From an uncultured Verrucomicrobiae bacterium (lineage in GTDB: Bacteria; Verrucomicrobiota; Verrucomicrobiia; Chthoniobacterales; UBA10450): a DNA stretch of 64,000 nt. The stretch covers positions 416,001 through 480,000 of the forward strand of contig CAVTMK010000003.1 in assembly GCA_963735805.1 (NCBI GenBank). The letters run 5' to 3'. The translations under genes and the position numbers were made by a program. A model generated the notes under the pieces. It was not told the origin of the DNA and did not search any database. It was given only the letters and a program-made list of their open reading frames with translations. Every line of letters starts with the position of its first letter. The first letter of the stretch is position 1. Positions 18,048-28,406 of this stretch are shown here, piece after piece.

Positions 18048-18288
18048 TTTGTCCGCTCGACCATCGCGTAGTGGCTTCCATTCGTAAAGGCACGTAGGGA
18101 ACCACTGATCAGAGGCATTAATGCTTTATCGCGCACCGAAGAAACGGTGGTGGCGACTAGGCGTATTCGTTAGCTCTAAAATGCTCGCCGGGTACCTGCT
18201 GAAACCTGTATGGGGAAAAGGTTTAAAGATTTTGCTTGCCCATCAAGATGCAACCCGTTAGACCAAAGCCTTTAACGCCCGAACCCAT

Positions 18289-18759
18289 ATGATATCACTT
18301 ATGCAAAATCTCCTCATTAATACCTTATCATTACTCGCACAGGTCGAGTATTCATACTCGTCCTCATCACAGGGCAAAGCCCCTGGCCCAGTCTTCTGGG
18401 TCTGCTGGTTTGCGTTCGCGATTTTGATGATTGCGGCGCTTTGGAAAATTTTTACAAAAGCTGGACAGCCAGGATGGGCGTCCATTATTCCAATTCTCAA
18501 CACCTATTTCTTATGTAAGATCGCCGGCCGGCCCGGTTGGTGGGTAATCTTGATGTTGATTCCCATTGTGAATTTCATCATCTGGATCGTCCTTTGCATC
18601 GATGTGGCAAAGAGCTTCGGAAAGGGCGTCGGTTTTGGAATTGGTTTGCTTCTGCTGCCGTTTATTTTCTTTCTAATCCTTGGCTTCGGCAGCGCGCAGT
18701 ATCAAGGCCCTTCGGCTGCATCAGGAGTAGCGGTTGCTCCGCCGCCGCAGCCTGCCTAG
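18289..18759 (+). CDS. DUF5684-like membrane protein
   Basis: WKIFTKAGQPGWASIIPILN, AKSFGKGVGFG, GFGSAQY motifs. Confidence 0.8.
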   Translation: MISLMQNLLINTLSLLAQVEYSYSSSSQGKAPGPVFWVCWFAFAILMIAALWKIFTKAGQPGWASIIPILNTYFLCKIAGRPGWWVILMLIPIVNFIIWIVLCIDVAKSFGKGVGFGIGLLLLPFIFFLILGFGSAQYQGPSAASGVAVAPPPQPA

Positions 18760-18780
18760 GCCTCGGACGCATTCTGCCTG

Positions 18781-19548
18781 CTACAATTCCGCCCAATTAG
18801 GCTTCCGCTTTTCGTTAAAAGCGGCTATGCCTTCAATCGCTTCTTCCGATTCGCGCGCTTGCATGTGATACCTCAGCGCAAGGTCGACATCTTCTTTTAC
18901 CGAGCTGGACGAAAGCTCTTCGATCAATCGTTTTGTTTGTGCCAGCGCGTCGGGGGCGCCTTGCAGGACCGATTGCGCAAACTTTTGAGCTTCATTCATC
19001 AAATCAGCTTGCGCGACAACACGGTTCACAAGACCGATTTCCTTGGCGCGTTCCGCGCTGATTAACTCGGACCCTAACAACAGCTCACGCATGTCTCGCT
19101 CGCCTACCTGCCGGCGCAAAAAAGTCATCACCAGACCGGCGACCAGCCCGCGACGCACCTCCGGATACCCGATTTTCGTATGTTGCGCTGCGACAACAAA
19201 ATCGCATGCCGACATAATTCCGGCGCCACCCGCAACTGCTGCGCCATGCACGACAGCGATCGTGATAAGACGGGTTTGGCTAATTGCTATCAAAGTGTTT
19301 GCAACCATCTCAGCAGTTGCATGCGCCTTTGTCTGGTCGGCTGCTTCCTTCAAATCCAGCCCGGTACAAAATGCGGCGCCAGCTCCCCGCAAAACGATCA
19401 CGCGCTCCCGTGGCTCATCGGAAGCGATCTTGATGGCGGCATTTAGTTCGCTGAGTAACTCAATCGTTAAAGCGTTGCGACGCTCTGGTCGATTGAGAGT
19501 AAGAACAGTTATTTGCGGTGTTTGCTTTTCAATAAGAACCGTAGGCAT
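18781..19548 (-). CDS. Enoyl-CoA hydratase, probably methylglutaconyl-CoA hydratase (LiuC-like)
   Basis: LNRPERRNAL, FCTGLDL, AVAGGAG, PEVRRGL; adjacent to a carboxyltransferase. Confidence 0.88.
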   Translation of the reverse strand: MPTVLIEKQTPQITVLTLNRPERRNALTIELLSELNAAIKIASDEPRERVIVLRGAGAAFCTGLDLKEAADQTKAHATAEMVANTLIAISQTRLITIAVVHGAAVAGGAGIMSACDFVVAAQHTKIGYPEVRRGLVAGLVMTFLRRQVGERDMRELLLGSELISAERAKEIGLVNRVVAQADLMNEAQKFAQSVLQGAPDALAQTKRLIEELSSSSVKEDVDLALRYHMQARESEEAIEGIAAFNEKRKPNWAEL

Positions 19549-19584
19549 GACGTGAATGTCGAAATCCGAATGCCAAATATCGAA

Positions 19585-21234
19585 TTAAACCTGGATCACA
19601 CCAGTGTGGAAATGCACCTGTGGCATGGGCCGCGTGACGTATTGCAACAAACGAATCAGAACATCGCGGGTTTCGTGCGGCTGAATGATGGCGTCCACCC
19701 AACCGCGAGCGGCACCGTACCGAATGTCGGTTTGCTCCTCGTAATTTTGCTTCACTTTTATGCGAAGGTCTTCCAGTTCTTCGTGTGTCGCCTTTTTGTC
19801 TCCTCGTTCGCGGGCGCGAGCGAGAATCGAGAACACAGTGTCGGATGCCTGCGCTGCGCCCATCACGGCGTAGCGCGCAGTTGGCCATGCAACAATGAAT
19901 CGCGGATCGTACGCCTTGCCGCACATCGCGTAGTTTCCGGCGCCAAACGATCCGCCCACAACAACCGTGATCTTCGGCACGACGGAATTGCTAACCGCGT
20001 TCACCAGCTTCGCACCGCTGCGAATAATTCCGCTCTGTTCCGCATCGCGGCCCACCATGAACCCGGTAACATCCTGGAAAAAGATGATGGGTAAGCTTGT
20101 TTGATTGCAGTCCATGATAAAACGCGCTGCCTTGTCTGCACTGTCGGAATAAATAACCCCGCCCATTTGAATTCCCGCTTTTTTCGTCCTGACCTGTAAA
20201 CGCTGGTTAGCAACAATTCCTACCGGGCTGCCGTTAATGCGCGCGTACGCAGTCACGATGGTTTTGCCGTAGTCGGCCTTGTATTCGTTCAGAGAACCTT
20301 CGTCCACGACTGTCGCAACTAGGTCACGCGTGTCGTACTGCTTTTGTCCATCGAAGCTGATCAGATTGTAAACGCTGTCTGGGTCTTTTGCCGCTTTGAT
20401 TGTTTCCTTCGGTGTCCCCGATGTTTTAGGTTCTTTCGCTTCGGGCAGCAATCCAACGAGGGAACGGAGGCGTTTGAGACAGGACGGATCGTCCCCCTCA
20501 AAGAAGTCAACTGTGCCGCTAATTTCGGAGTGCATCTGCGCGCCGCCAAGTTCTTCTGCATCGACGACCTGGCCAATCGCTGCCTTGACCAGAGAAGGAC
20601 CCGCGAGATACAAGCCACTGCCCTTGGTCATCAAAATCTTATCGCAAAGGACGGGAAGGTAAGCTCCCCCAGCCACGCAGTTACCCATGATTGCAGCGAA
20701 CTGAGGAATGCCAGTTGCTGAAATAACAGAGTTATTGCGAAAGATGCGGCCGAAATCGTCTTCATCCGGAAAAATTTCGTCCTGCATTGGAAGGAACACA
20801 CCTGCCGAATCGACCAGATAAATAATAGGAAGCGAACACTCAAAGGCGATGCGCTGTGCGCGAATCACTTTTTTGGTTGTCTGCGGAAAGAAAGCTCCCG
20901 CCTTTACGGTTGCATCGTTAGCAACAATCATGCACGGAATACCCTCGACATTGCCTATGCCAGCGACGACACCGGCCGCCGGAATCCTGCCCCATTGTTC
21001 GTACATTTTGTAAGCTGCCCAAAGACCGATTTCGAAGAACGGCGAGCCCTTGTCGAGTAAGCGATCGATTCGTTCCCGCACAGGCAAACGATTCATCTTT
21101 CGCTGGCGTTCGTGACCAGCTTTGCCGCCTCCCTCACGCAGCACAGCCTGCTCTTTTGCAATCGCGTCGCAGTGAGCCCGTAGTATCTCACTAGTCGAAA
21201 ATGTTGATAATGACCGGGACATGGTACGAAGCAC
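19585..21234 (-). CDS. Acyl-CoA carboxylase carboxyltransferase subunit (methylcrotonyl-CoA carboxylase beta / LiuB-like)
   Basis: ANDATVKAG, YLVDSAGVFLPMQDE, GNCVAGGAY, ELGGAQMH, GSFGAGNYAMCG. Confidence 0.92.
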   Translation of the reverse strand: MLRTMSRSLSTFSTSEILRAHCDAIAKEQAVLREGGGKAGHERQRKMNRLPVRERIDRLLDKGSPFFEIGLWAAYKMYEQWGRIPAAGVVAGIGNVEGIPCMIVANDATVKAGAFFPQTTKKVIRAQRIAFECSLPIIYLVDSAGVFLPMQDEIFPDEDDFGRIFRNNSVISATGIPQFAAIMGNCVAGGAYLPVLCDKILMTKGSGLYLAGPSLVKAAIGQVVDAEELGGAQMHSEISGTVDFFEGDDPSCLKRLRSLVGLLPEAKEPKTSGTPKETIKAAKDPDSVYNLISFDGQKQYDTRDLVATVVDEGSLNEYKADYGKTIVTAYARINGSPVGIVANQRLQVRTKKAGIQMGGVIYSDSADKAARFIMDCNQTSLPIIFFQDVTGFMVGRDAEQSGIIRSGAKLVNAVSNSVVPKITVVVGGSFGAGNYAMCGKAYDPRFIVAWPTARYAVMGAAQASDTVFSILARARERGDKKATHEELEDLRIKVKQNYEEQTDIRYGAARGWVDAIIQPHETRDVLIRLLQYVTRPMPQVHFHTGVIQV

Positions 21235-21432
21235 GCTTAATCCGCGAAGGCGATCGAATCAAGTTGTACTCATGAATGTTGGAATAGAGGCAGCGCTTCC
21301 CAAGCGCCATTGAGGCAAAAACTGAGAGACTGCGGGATTACTCTAATCACGCAGATTGAAAGAAAGAGAGGACCATCCATTGAGAGCTTTTCGCTCTCGA
21401 CAAGTTAATCAGATTCTTGTGAAACTCGCATT

Positions 21433-22800
21433 ATGAAAACACCAGTCCCAACACTCCTCATCATATTTTCACTCGCCTCTTTTGTATTTCCACCAAAGGC
21501 GCACGCCGTCAATCCACCACCGGATGGAGGTTACGCCGGCGGCAACACGGCAGAAGGCCAGAACGCGCTTTTGAGTCTTACAACAGGCACATACAACACG
21601 GCCATTGGTTTGTATTCGCTACTGATCGATGACACTGGAAAGTTTAATACGGGGATCGGAGCGGGGACTCTCCTTCTCAATACCGCAGATGAAAATACGG
21701 CTACCGGCGCTGGAGCCCTTTTGAGCAACACGACTGGCGTAGACAACGCCGCGATTGGAACGTTCTCCCTTTTCAACAACACCACTGGCAGCTTCAACAC
21801 GGCCACGGGTTCACTCGCGCTCCTTGCCAACACTACCGGCACTGAGAATACTGCCAACGGAACATTCGCCCTGAATATCAATACGGATGGCAGCTTCAAT
21901 ACTGCGATCGGCGCGTTTGCTCTCGCTAACAATACCGGGAGCGAAAATACAGCCGTGGGAGTGAACACTCTCTTTGACAACACCGCCGGTGGAAACACCG
22001 CGGTTGGGGCGAATTCTCTCCGGCTCAATACGACCGGATTTCAAAACACAGCCGTGGGTGACGGTGCGCTCCAAAGCAATGCTGGCGGCAGCTTCAACAC
22101 CGCTATCGGAGACGCTGCGCTGACTCTAAACACCGGCGACGGCAACACAGCCTGCGGCAACGTGGCGCTTTTCAATAACACCGGCAGCAACAACACGGCC
22201 CTGGGCAACATCGCCGGCACGAACCTGACGACTGGAAGTAATAATATCGATATCGGCTACAACGTTGGTGGGGTAGCAGGCGAGAGCAACACCATCCGGA
22301 TCGGCGATTCGGATATTACCGCCACATTCATCACCGGAATAAGCGGAGCAACCTCCTCTGGTGGCGCCGCGGTCTTTGTAAATTCGAACGGTAAGCTCGG
22401 AACGAGCACCTCCTCGGCGCGATTTAAGCAAGACATAAGACCAATGGGCAAAGCGAGCGAAGCTATCCTGGCGCTCAACCCGGTGAGCTTTCGTTATAAG
22501 AAGGAAATCGATCCCCAAGGTATTCCGGAGTTTGGACTCATTGCGGAGGAAGTAGAAAAAGTTAACCCCGACCTGATCGTCCGCGATCGTGAGGGCAAAC
22601 CGCAGACTGTCCGTTACGAACAGATCAACTCGATGTTGCTGAATGAATTTCTGAAAGCACACCATAAAATGGAAGCGCAACAAAAGCAGATTGATACCCT
22701 GACTGCGCAGCTCAAAGACCAGGCCGCGCAAATCCAGAGAGTGAGCGCGCAAGTTGAGATGAGCAAGCCCGCTTCACGAGTAGTGATCGACGAACCGTAA
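21433..22800 (+). CDS. Secreted repeat fibre protein with S74 intramolecular chaperone (paralog 1)
   Basis: Signal peptide ending AHA; VNPPPDGGYAGGNTAEG; NTAxGxxALxxNTTG repeats; SSARFKQDI...GLIAEEV...VRYEQ; coiled coil. Confidence 0.85.
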   Translation: MKTPVPTLLIIFSLASFVFPPKAHAVNPPPDGGYAGGNTAEGQNALLSLTTGTYNTAIGLYSLLIDDTGKFNTGIGAGTLLLNTADENTATGAGALLSNTTGVDNAAIGTFSLFNNTTGSFNTATGSLALLANTTGTENTANGTFALNINTDGSFNTAIGAFALANNTGSENTAVGVNTLFDNTAGGNTAVGANSLRLNTTGFQNTAVGDGALQSNAGGSFNTAIGDAALTLNTGDGNTACGNVALFNNTGSNNTALGNIAGTNLTTGSNNIDIGYNVGGVAGESNTIRIGDSDITATFITGISGATSSGGAAVFVNSNGKLGTSTSSARFKQDIRPMGKASEAILALNPVSFRYKKEIDPQGIPEFGLIAEEVEKVNPDLIVRDREGKPQTVRYEQINSMLLNEFLKAHHKMEAQQKQIDTLTAQLKDQAAQIQRVSAQVEMSKPASRVVIDEP

Positions 22801-22863
22801 CTTCAAAAAGACGGCGATTAGAAGAAATCAAAGGCGAATAGTTTGCAAGATGGAGATCAGACC

Positions 22864-23988
22864 ATGAAGAATCGAAACATGATGCACAGACTGCCAATAC
22901 TAGCGTTGGCACTTGGCCTCTTTGCTCTTTGCTCAACGGCGCGAGCAGTGAGTCCACCGCCGGACGGAGGATATGCAGGAGGCAATACCGCAGAGGGACA
23001 ATCCGCTCTCCTAAGCCTGACTACCGGCATATACAACACGGGAATCGGGATATATTCTCTTCTGAGTGTTTCCGACGGCGACGCCAACACCGCTGTCGGC
23101 GCAGGGACGCTCTTTGCCAATACCGGAGGCGAGAACACAGCAGTTGGTGCCGGAGCACTTTTTAGCAACACCACTACTGGCGGCAATACCGCCGAAGGAG
23201 CATTCGCTCTTTTCAGTAGTACCGGCTTGTCCAACACGGCTGTGGGCGATAGGGCGCTCCTTCTAAACACTAGCGGTGGCTTTAACACCGCTGTTGGCCA
23301 AGCCGCAATGTTGAACAACACCACGGGTAGCAGCAACATCGCTATCGGTGTTCAGGCGCTCGGTAATAATGACACAGGCAGCAGCAATATCGCCATTGGC
23401 AACGTAGCCGGCACCGGCGTTAACACAGCTACTAATGTCATTTGTATCGGCCAGGTAAGTGGTGCGGACGTCGACAGCCGCACCTATATTGCTAATATTG
23501 CCGGTACCACGGTCAGCGGCGCCGGAACCGACTCTGTAACCGTAGACCTAACCACGGGATTGCTCGGTCATCTCAGTTCCTCGCGCCGTTACAAGGAAAG
23601 GATCCAGCCGATGAATAACGCCAGTGAAGCACTCTACCGGCTCAAACCGGTCACCTACTGCTTCAAGAAGGAGATCGACGCTAGTCAGAGCCTCGACTAC
23701 GGCCTGATCGCCGAGGATGTGGCCAAGGTCGATCCTAATCTGGCAATTCGCGATGCGAAAGGTCAAATCGAGAGCGTACGCTACACTGCAATCAACGTAA
23801 TGTTGCTGAACGAGTTTCTCAAAGCCCACCGTAAATCGGAGGAGCAAGAAGCTAAGATTACACAGCTGACGGAGGATATAGAAAAGCTCGTTGCGCACGT
23901 CAAGCAACAGGATTCACAGATCCAAACCATGAGCGTCGAGATCGAGACGAGTAAGGCCGCGCAGCAAATAGTCGTTAACAACCCCTAA
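22864..23988 (+). CDS. Secreted repeat fibre protein with S74 chaperone (paralog 2)
   Basis: Signal ending ARA; VSPPPDGGYAGGNTAEG; fewer repeats; SSRRYKERI. Confidence 0.85.
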   Translation: MKNRNMMHRLPILALALGLFALCSTARAVSPPPDGGYAGGNTAEGQSALLSLTTGIYNTGIGIYSLLSVSDGDANTAVGAGTLFANTGGENTAVGAGALFSNTTTGGNTAEGAFALFSSTGLSNTAVGDRALLLNTSGGFNTAVGQAAMLNNTTGSSNIAIGVQALGNNDTGSSNIAIGNVAGTGVNTATNVICIGQVSGADVDSRTYIANIAGTTVSGAGTDSVTVDLTTGLLGHLSSSRRYKERIQPMNNASEALYRLKPVTYCFKKEIDASQSLDYGLIAEDVAKVDPNLAIRDAKGQIESVRYTAINVMLLNEFLKAHRKSEEQEAKITQLTEDIEKLVAHVKQQDSQIQTMSVEIETSKAAQQIVVNNP

Positions 23989-24100
23989 GAGGGCACGGTT
24001 TGCGCCCGGGGTTCACGCCCGCGACGCGCGCGTTACGGGTCGGCGATTGCGCGCGATTTTTCTCGTCAAGCCGGCCGAAGCCACTCCAGACTCGGCGTTT

Positions 24101-25483
24101 ATGAGAACGTCAAAAAGATTCCCTGCGCTCTTCACTTCCATCATACTGGCCTGCATTGTGCTTCCGCAGATCGCGCGAGCGGTAGTACCGCCACCGGACG
24201 GCGGGTACCCCGGAGGCAACACGGCAGAGGGTACCAGCGCCCTTCTCAGTCGCGACGGTGGTAATTACAACACAGCAGTTGGCTTGTACTCACTCCTGAG
24301 CCTTACTGACAGCAACTTCAACACCGGTGTTGGAGCGGGCACGCTCCTTGCCAACACTGCAGACGAAAATACGGCCACTGGTGCAGGAGCGCTTTTGACC
24401 AATACGACCGGAATCGGCAATACAGCTAATGGAGCGTTTGCTCTCTTTAGCAACATCGGAGGTACGGCGAGCTTGGACAGGCCAGGTGGAATCTCCTCTG
24501 GCAGCTTCAACACGGCCAACGGTGATCGTGCTCTCTTTAGCAACATCATCGGCGCCGGAAACACTGCCAACGGAGCGTCCGCACTCTTTAGCAACATCGA
24601 AGGCGGCCAGAACACCGCCACCGGTTACAATGCACTCTTTAACAACACCGCGGCCTTTGAAAACACTGCTAACGGTTTTGAAGCGCTTTTTAACAACACC
24701 ACTGGCGGCGCGAATACTGCCAGCGGAAAGTTTGCGCTGCATAGCAACACCATCGGCAACCAAAACACAGCCGACGGCATTGCTGCGCTCAATTCCAACA
24801 CCGAAGGCATTTCCAACACGGCGATCGGTGGTTTTGCGCTGGTAGCCAATACCGGAGACAGCAATACCGCCGTTGGGTCTGGAGCGCTTTTTGATAATAC
24901 CAGTGGAGCTTTCAACGTCGCGCTGGGCGCGTCCGCCGGCGCCAATGCAACAACTGGATCCAATAACGTTTATATTGGAACGGGGGTGCGCGGCGTTGCG
25001 GACGAGAGCAACGCCTGCTACATCGCGAGCATCTTTGGCCAAACATCCGTCAGCGGAGTTCCAGTTCTCATTAACTCCTTCCATAAACTGGGTACGATCA
25101 CTTCCTCGAAACGCTTTAAGGAAGATATCAAGCCGATGGGTAAATCCAGCGAAGCGCTTTTAGCGCTCCAACCGGTTACATTCCGTTACATGAAGGAGAT
25201 TGATCCAGCCGGCACATCACAGTTGGGCCTTGTGGCCGAAGACGTGGAAAAGGTGAATCCCGACCTGGTTGTGCGCGACAAAGAAGGAAAGCCTTACAGC
25301 GTGCGTTACGACCAGGTGAACGCGATGCTGCTCAACGAGTTTCTCAAAGAACATCGCAAAGTGCAGGACCTCGAGAAGGAAGTGACGGCTCTCACTCTAG
25401 CGCTGAAAGCACAAGCTGCACAGATCCAGACGGTGATTAGACAACTTCACAGCACGCCGACTACTAATATAGTGAGTAACTAA
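24101..25483 (+). CDS. Secreted repeat fibre protein with S74 chaperone (paralog 3)
   Basis: Signal ending ARA; VVPPPDGGYPGGNTAEG; repeats with a GGTASLDRPGGISSG insert; SSKRFKEDI. Confidence 0.85.
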   Translation: MRTSKRFPALFTSIILACIVLPQIARAVVPPPDGGYPGGNTAEGTSALLSRDGGNYNTAVGLYSLLSLTDSNFNTGVGAGTLLANTADENTATGAGALLTNTTGIGNTANGAFALFSNIGGTASLDRPGGISSGSFNTANGDRALFSNIIGAGNTANGASALFSNIEGGQNTATGYNALFNNTAAFENTANGFEALFNNTTGGANTASGKFALHSNTIGNQNTADGIAALNSNTEGISNTAIGGFALVANTGDSNTAVGSGALFDNTSGAFNVALGASAGANATTGSNNVYIGTGVRGVADESNACYIASIFGQTSVSGVPVLINSFHKLGTITSSKRFKEDIKPMGKSSEALLALQPVTFRYMKEIDPAGTSQLGLVAEDVEKVNPDLVVRDKEGKPYSVRYDQVNAMLLNEFLKEHRKVQDLEKEVTALTLALKAQAAQIQTVIRQLHSTPTTNIVSN

Positions 25484-25692
25484 CTGCTGCATTTTAGTTT
25501 GCCCCCGGAGAATAACCAAATTCAAGATACACGGGGCAATCTTCGCATTTGATCAACCGAGCTTTAATCGTCACTCGCCTGTCATCCCGTAAGTCGCCGC
25601 AGCGGCCAAACGCGAATCATTCGAATTTCTTCATTGAAGCGTAGGCATTTTGACGTCGACAACACCTCCAAATTCTGGCCAGACTCAATGCT

Positions 25693-27180
25693 ATGAAGAC
25701 GCGAATTCTACTATTCCTCGTGATATTTTCACTCACCTGCTTCGCCCCTTTGCCAAAATCGCAAGCGGTCAGTCCACCACCTGATGGTGGCTACGCCGGA
25801 GGCAACACCGCGGAGGGACAAAGCTCCCTTTTAAGTCTCACCACAGGCATATATAATACCGGCGTCGGTCTGTATTCGCTTCTGAGCCTCACGAACGGGA
25901 AGTTCAACACGGGTGTCGGCGCTGGAACACTCCTTGTCAACGCCGCAGACGAAAACACTGCCACAGGTGCTGGCGCACTTTTAAGCAACACCACCGGCAC
26001 TGACAACACGGGCAATGGTGCGTTCGTCCTTTTCAACAATACCGATGGCTCCCAAAACACGGCCAATGGAGCATTCGCGCTTTTTAACAACACGGACGGC
26101 AACTTCAACACGGCCATGGGGGAGAGCGCCCTCTTGAACAACGCCACCGGCGAGCACAACACGGCCACTGGCGTTAATGCCCTGCTGAGCAACACCGACG
26201 GCGGCAACAATACCGCCACTGGTGATAGCGCCCTCCTGAGCAACACCATCGGCGCCAATAACACGGGAACTGGAGTTGGAGCGCTTTCTAGCAATGTCTT
26301 CGGTGAAGCGAACACAGCCACCGGAGCCTTCGCCCTCTCTAACAACACCCAAGCGAACAATACCGCCAATGGAGCATTTGCCCTTTTCAGCAACACCACC
26401 GGCAGCGTCAACACAGCGAGTGGTTTCCAGGCGCTCGAGAATAACACTACCGCAGACTTTAACACAGCGCTTGGCTCTACTGCGTTGCTTGGCAACACCA
26501 CCGGCGCCGAGAACACCGCGACTGGTTTTGCTGCGCTCCTGGCCAACACGACGGGAGAAGGCAACACGGCCTGCGGCGTTAATGCGCTCCAGAGCAACAC
26601 CACGGGCAGCAGCAATGTCGCCTTGGGTCTTTTCGCGGGGAGTGGTGTCACCACCGCCAGTAACGTTATTTGTATCGGCACCGGTGGGGACAATGTGAGC
26701 AACAGCTGTTATATCGGCCGGGTCTTCGGCGTCACCTCTTCTGCAGGAACTGCCGTGTTCATTAATTCAGACGGTAAACTTGGCACGACCACTTCCTCGA
26801 AACGCTTTAAGGAAGAGATTAAGCCAATGGGTAAATCCAGCGAAGCGCTTCTAGCGCTCGAACCGGTTACGTTCCGGTACAGGAAGGAGATTGATCCAGC
26901 CGGCACACCACAGTTGGGCCTTGTGGCCGAGGAGGTGGAAAAGGTAAATCCCGACCTGGTGGTGCGCGACAAAGATGGAAAGCCTTACAGTGTGCGTTAC
27001 GATCAGGTCAACGCGATGTTGCTCAACGAATTTCTGAAAGAACATCGCAGGGTTCAGCAACAACAAAACGAAATCGACTCTCTCAAGACGGAGCTAAGAC
27101 AGCAACGGGATCTGATTCAAAAAGTAAGCGACAGGGTGGAAATGAGAGAACGAGGGGAATTATTCACAAAGAATCCCTAA
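25693..27180 (+). CDS. Secreted repeat fibre protein with S74 chaperone (paralog 4)
   Basis: Signal ending SQA; VSPPPDGGYAGGNTAEG; longest repeat tract; SSKRFKEEI. Confidence 0.85.
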   Translation: MKTRILLFLVIFSLTCFAPLPKSQAVSPPPDGGYAGGNTAEGQSSLLSLTTGIYNTGVGLYSLLSLTNGKFNTGVGAGTLLVNAADENTATGAGALLSNTTGTDNTGNGAFVLFNNTDGSQNTANGAFALFNNTDGNFNTAMGESALLNNATGEHNTATGVNALLSNTDGGNNTATGDSALLSNTIGANNTGTGVGALSSNVFGEANTATGAFALSNNTQANNTANGAFALFSNTTGSVNTASGFQALENNTTADFNTALGSTALLGNTTGAENTATGFAALLANTTGEGNTACGVNALQSNTTGSSNVALGLFAGSGVTTASNVICIGTGGDNVSNSCYIGRVFGVTSSAGTAVFINSDGKLGTTTSSKRFKEEIKPMGKSSEALLALEPVTFRYRKEIDPAGTPQLGLVAEEVEKVNPDLVVRDKDGKPYSVRYDQVNAMLLNEFLKEHRRVQQQQNEIDSLKTELRQQRDLIQKVSDRVEMRERGELFTKNP

Positions 27181-27302
27181 CCAGGCGAGCCTGCGCCTTA
27201 CTTCCCGCAGCGGGGGGCTCCTGTGGCGTCAGAGGAACAGTACAAAAGCAAAACAACGCAACAGCGTGCACGACGGAGGCACAAGGTCCAAGTTACCTCA
27301 GT

Positions 27303-28307
27303 TCAGCCCACTTTTTCTTCGGTGCCTTCGGTAGCACCTTCGACCGTTTTGTTCTTGAGCATGTCCTCGAACGGTCTGTAGAAATTTGCGTAGAATGGAT
27401 ACGGCCTGTCGGCGTTTGCAGGAAGGTAGCGCCAATGTTTATACATCCAGAGCCAGGGCGCCGGGTTTTTTCGCACATAAGGTTCGAACGAATTCCAACA
27501 TGCCTGGGCGATCTCCTGATGGGACATACCATCAGTGGAGTTGATCTTGGGATGGAACACCAGCCTGTAACGCCCATTGGGTAGCGGCTCGCAATGTGCG
27601 GGAATGATCGGGACACCGGTGCGTTCGCTCAACCAGGCATGCGCGGAAGTCACGCTGGTCTTTAATCCAAAACAATCAATTACCACCGCGCCCTGGCTAG
27701 GTGGAACGGTGAGATCGACCAGCAGGGCAGTGCGCCCTTTTCGTCGCAGCGCCTTGTAAAGCCGGACGATCCCGCGCTCCCGCGGAACAAGCTCATGCCC
27801 GGATTGCTCACGCAAATTTTTGAAAATTGGATCGAGCGATGAGTTCTTAAATTCCTGCGAGATGATTGTGCCTTTGAGATCCAGGAAACCACAGGCCAGA
27901 CTAAGCCACTCAAAGTTACCGTAGTGATAGCACGCGATGATCATGCTCCGTTCCGCGCCGGTGTCACGCGTGGTTTCTTCGAAGTTCTGCAATTCGATAT
28001 ACCAAAGGAAGTTCAGTGGCGTCAGGCGCGGGCTCCATAGCAAGTCGACCATGGTCCGCGCGAAATGTTGAAACGACTGCCGGGCAATCTCGCGTCGCTT
28101 ACGGGCAGATAATTGATCGCCAAACGCTACCTCCAGATTGCTCAGGGCAACATGATATCGCTGCTGATCTAGAAAGCTAAGCAAGTTGCCAGCCGCCTGG
28201 GCGAGGCGGTAGCAGACCTTTCGCGAGCATAACGGAATCAATTTTGCTGCCAGGGAAAGACCGGCCCACTCAAGGCGGTACCTGAATCGTTTCCAGCGCG
28301 AACGCAT
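27303..28307 (-). CDS. Lipid A late acyltransferase (LpxL/HtrB family)
   Basis: NLEVAFG, HYGNFE (HxxxxE), LLVD, PWLWMYKHWR. Confidence 0.88.
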   Translation of the reverse strand: MRSRWKRFRYRLEWAGLSLAAKLIPLCSRKVCYRLAQAAGNLLSFLDQQRYHVALSNLEVAFGDQLSARKRREIARQSFQHFARTMVDLLWSPRLTPLNFLWYIELQNFEETTRDTGAERSMIIACYHYGNFEWLSLACGFLDLKGTIISQEFKNSSLDPIFKNLREQSGHELVPRERGIVRLYKALRRKGRTALLVDLTVPPSQGAVVIDCFGLKTSVTSAHAWLSERTGVPIIPAHCEPLPNGRYRLVFHPKINSTDGMSHQEIAQACWNSFEPYVRKNPAPWLWMYKHWRYLPANADRPYPFYANFYRPFEDMLKNKTVEGATEGTEEKVG

Positions 28308-28406
28308 TCATCATTTTGAATGACGAACGTCGAATGTCTAATGACGAAGGAACCCTGAATATCGATTACGAGCACGAACCCAAGTAAGAGATTGCAGAGC
28401 GACCTC

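Noticed and set aside
21531..26702. Long antisense ORFs (e.g. 25791..26702, 24290..25084) and a possible CRISPR-like periodicity
   Set aside because: These are shadows of the 42-nt coding repeats; there is no identical repeat with unique spacers and no cas gene
21433..27180. Prophage tail region or diversity-generating retroelement (AAC-rich repeats)
   Set aside because: The genes have signal peptides and no phage neighbours; there is no reverse transcriptase, and differences between copies are mostly synonymous rather than adenine-specific
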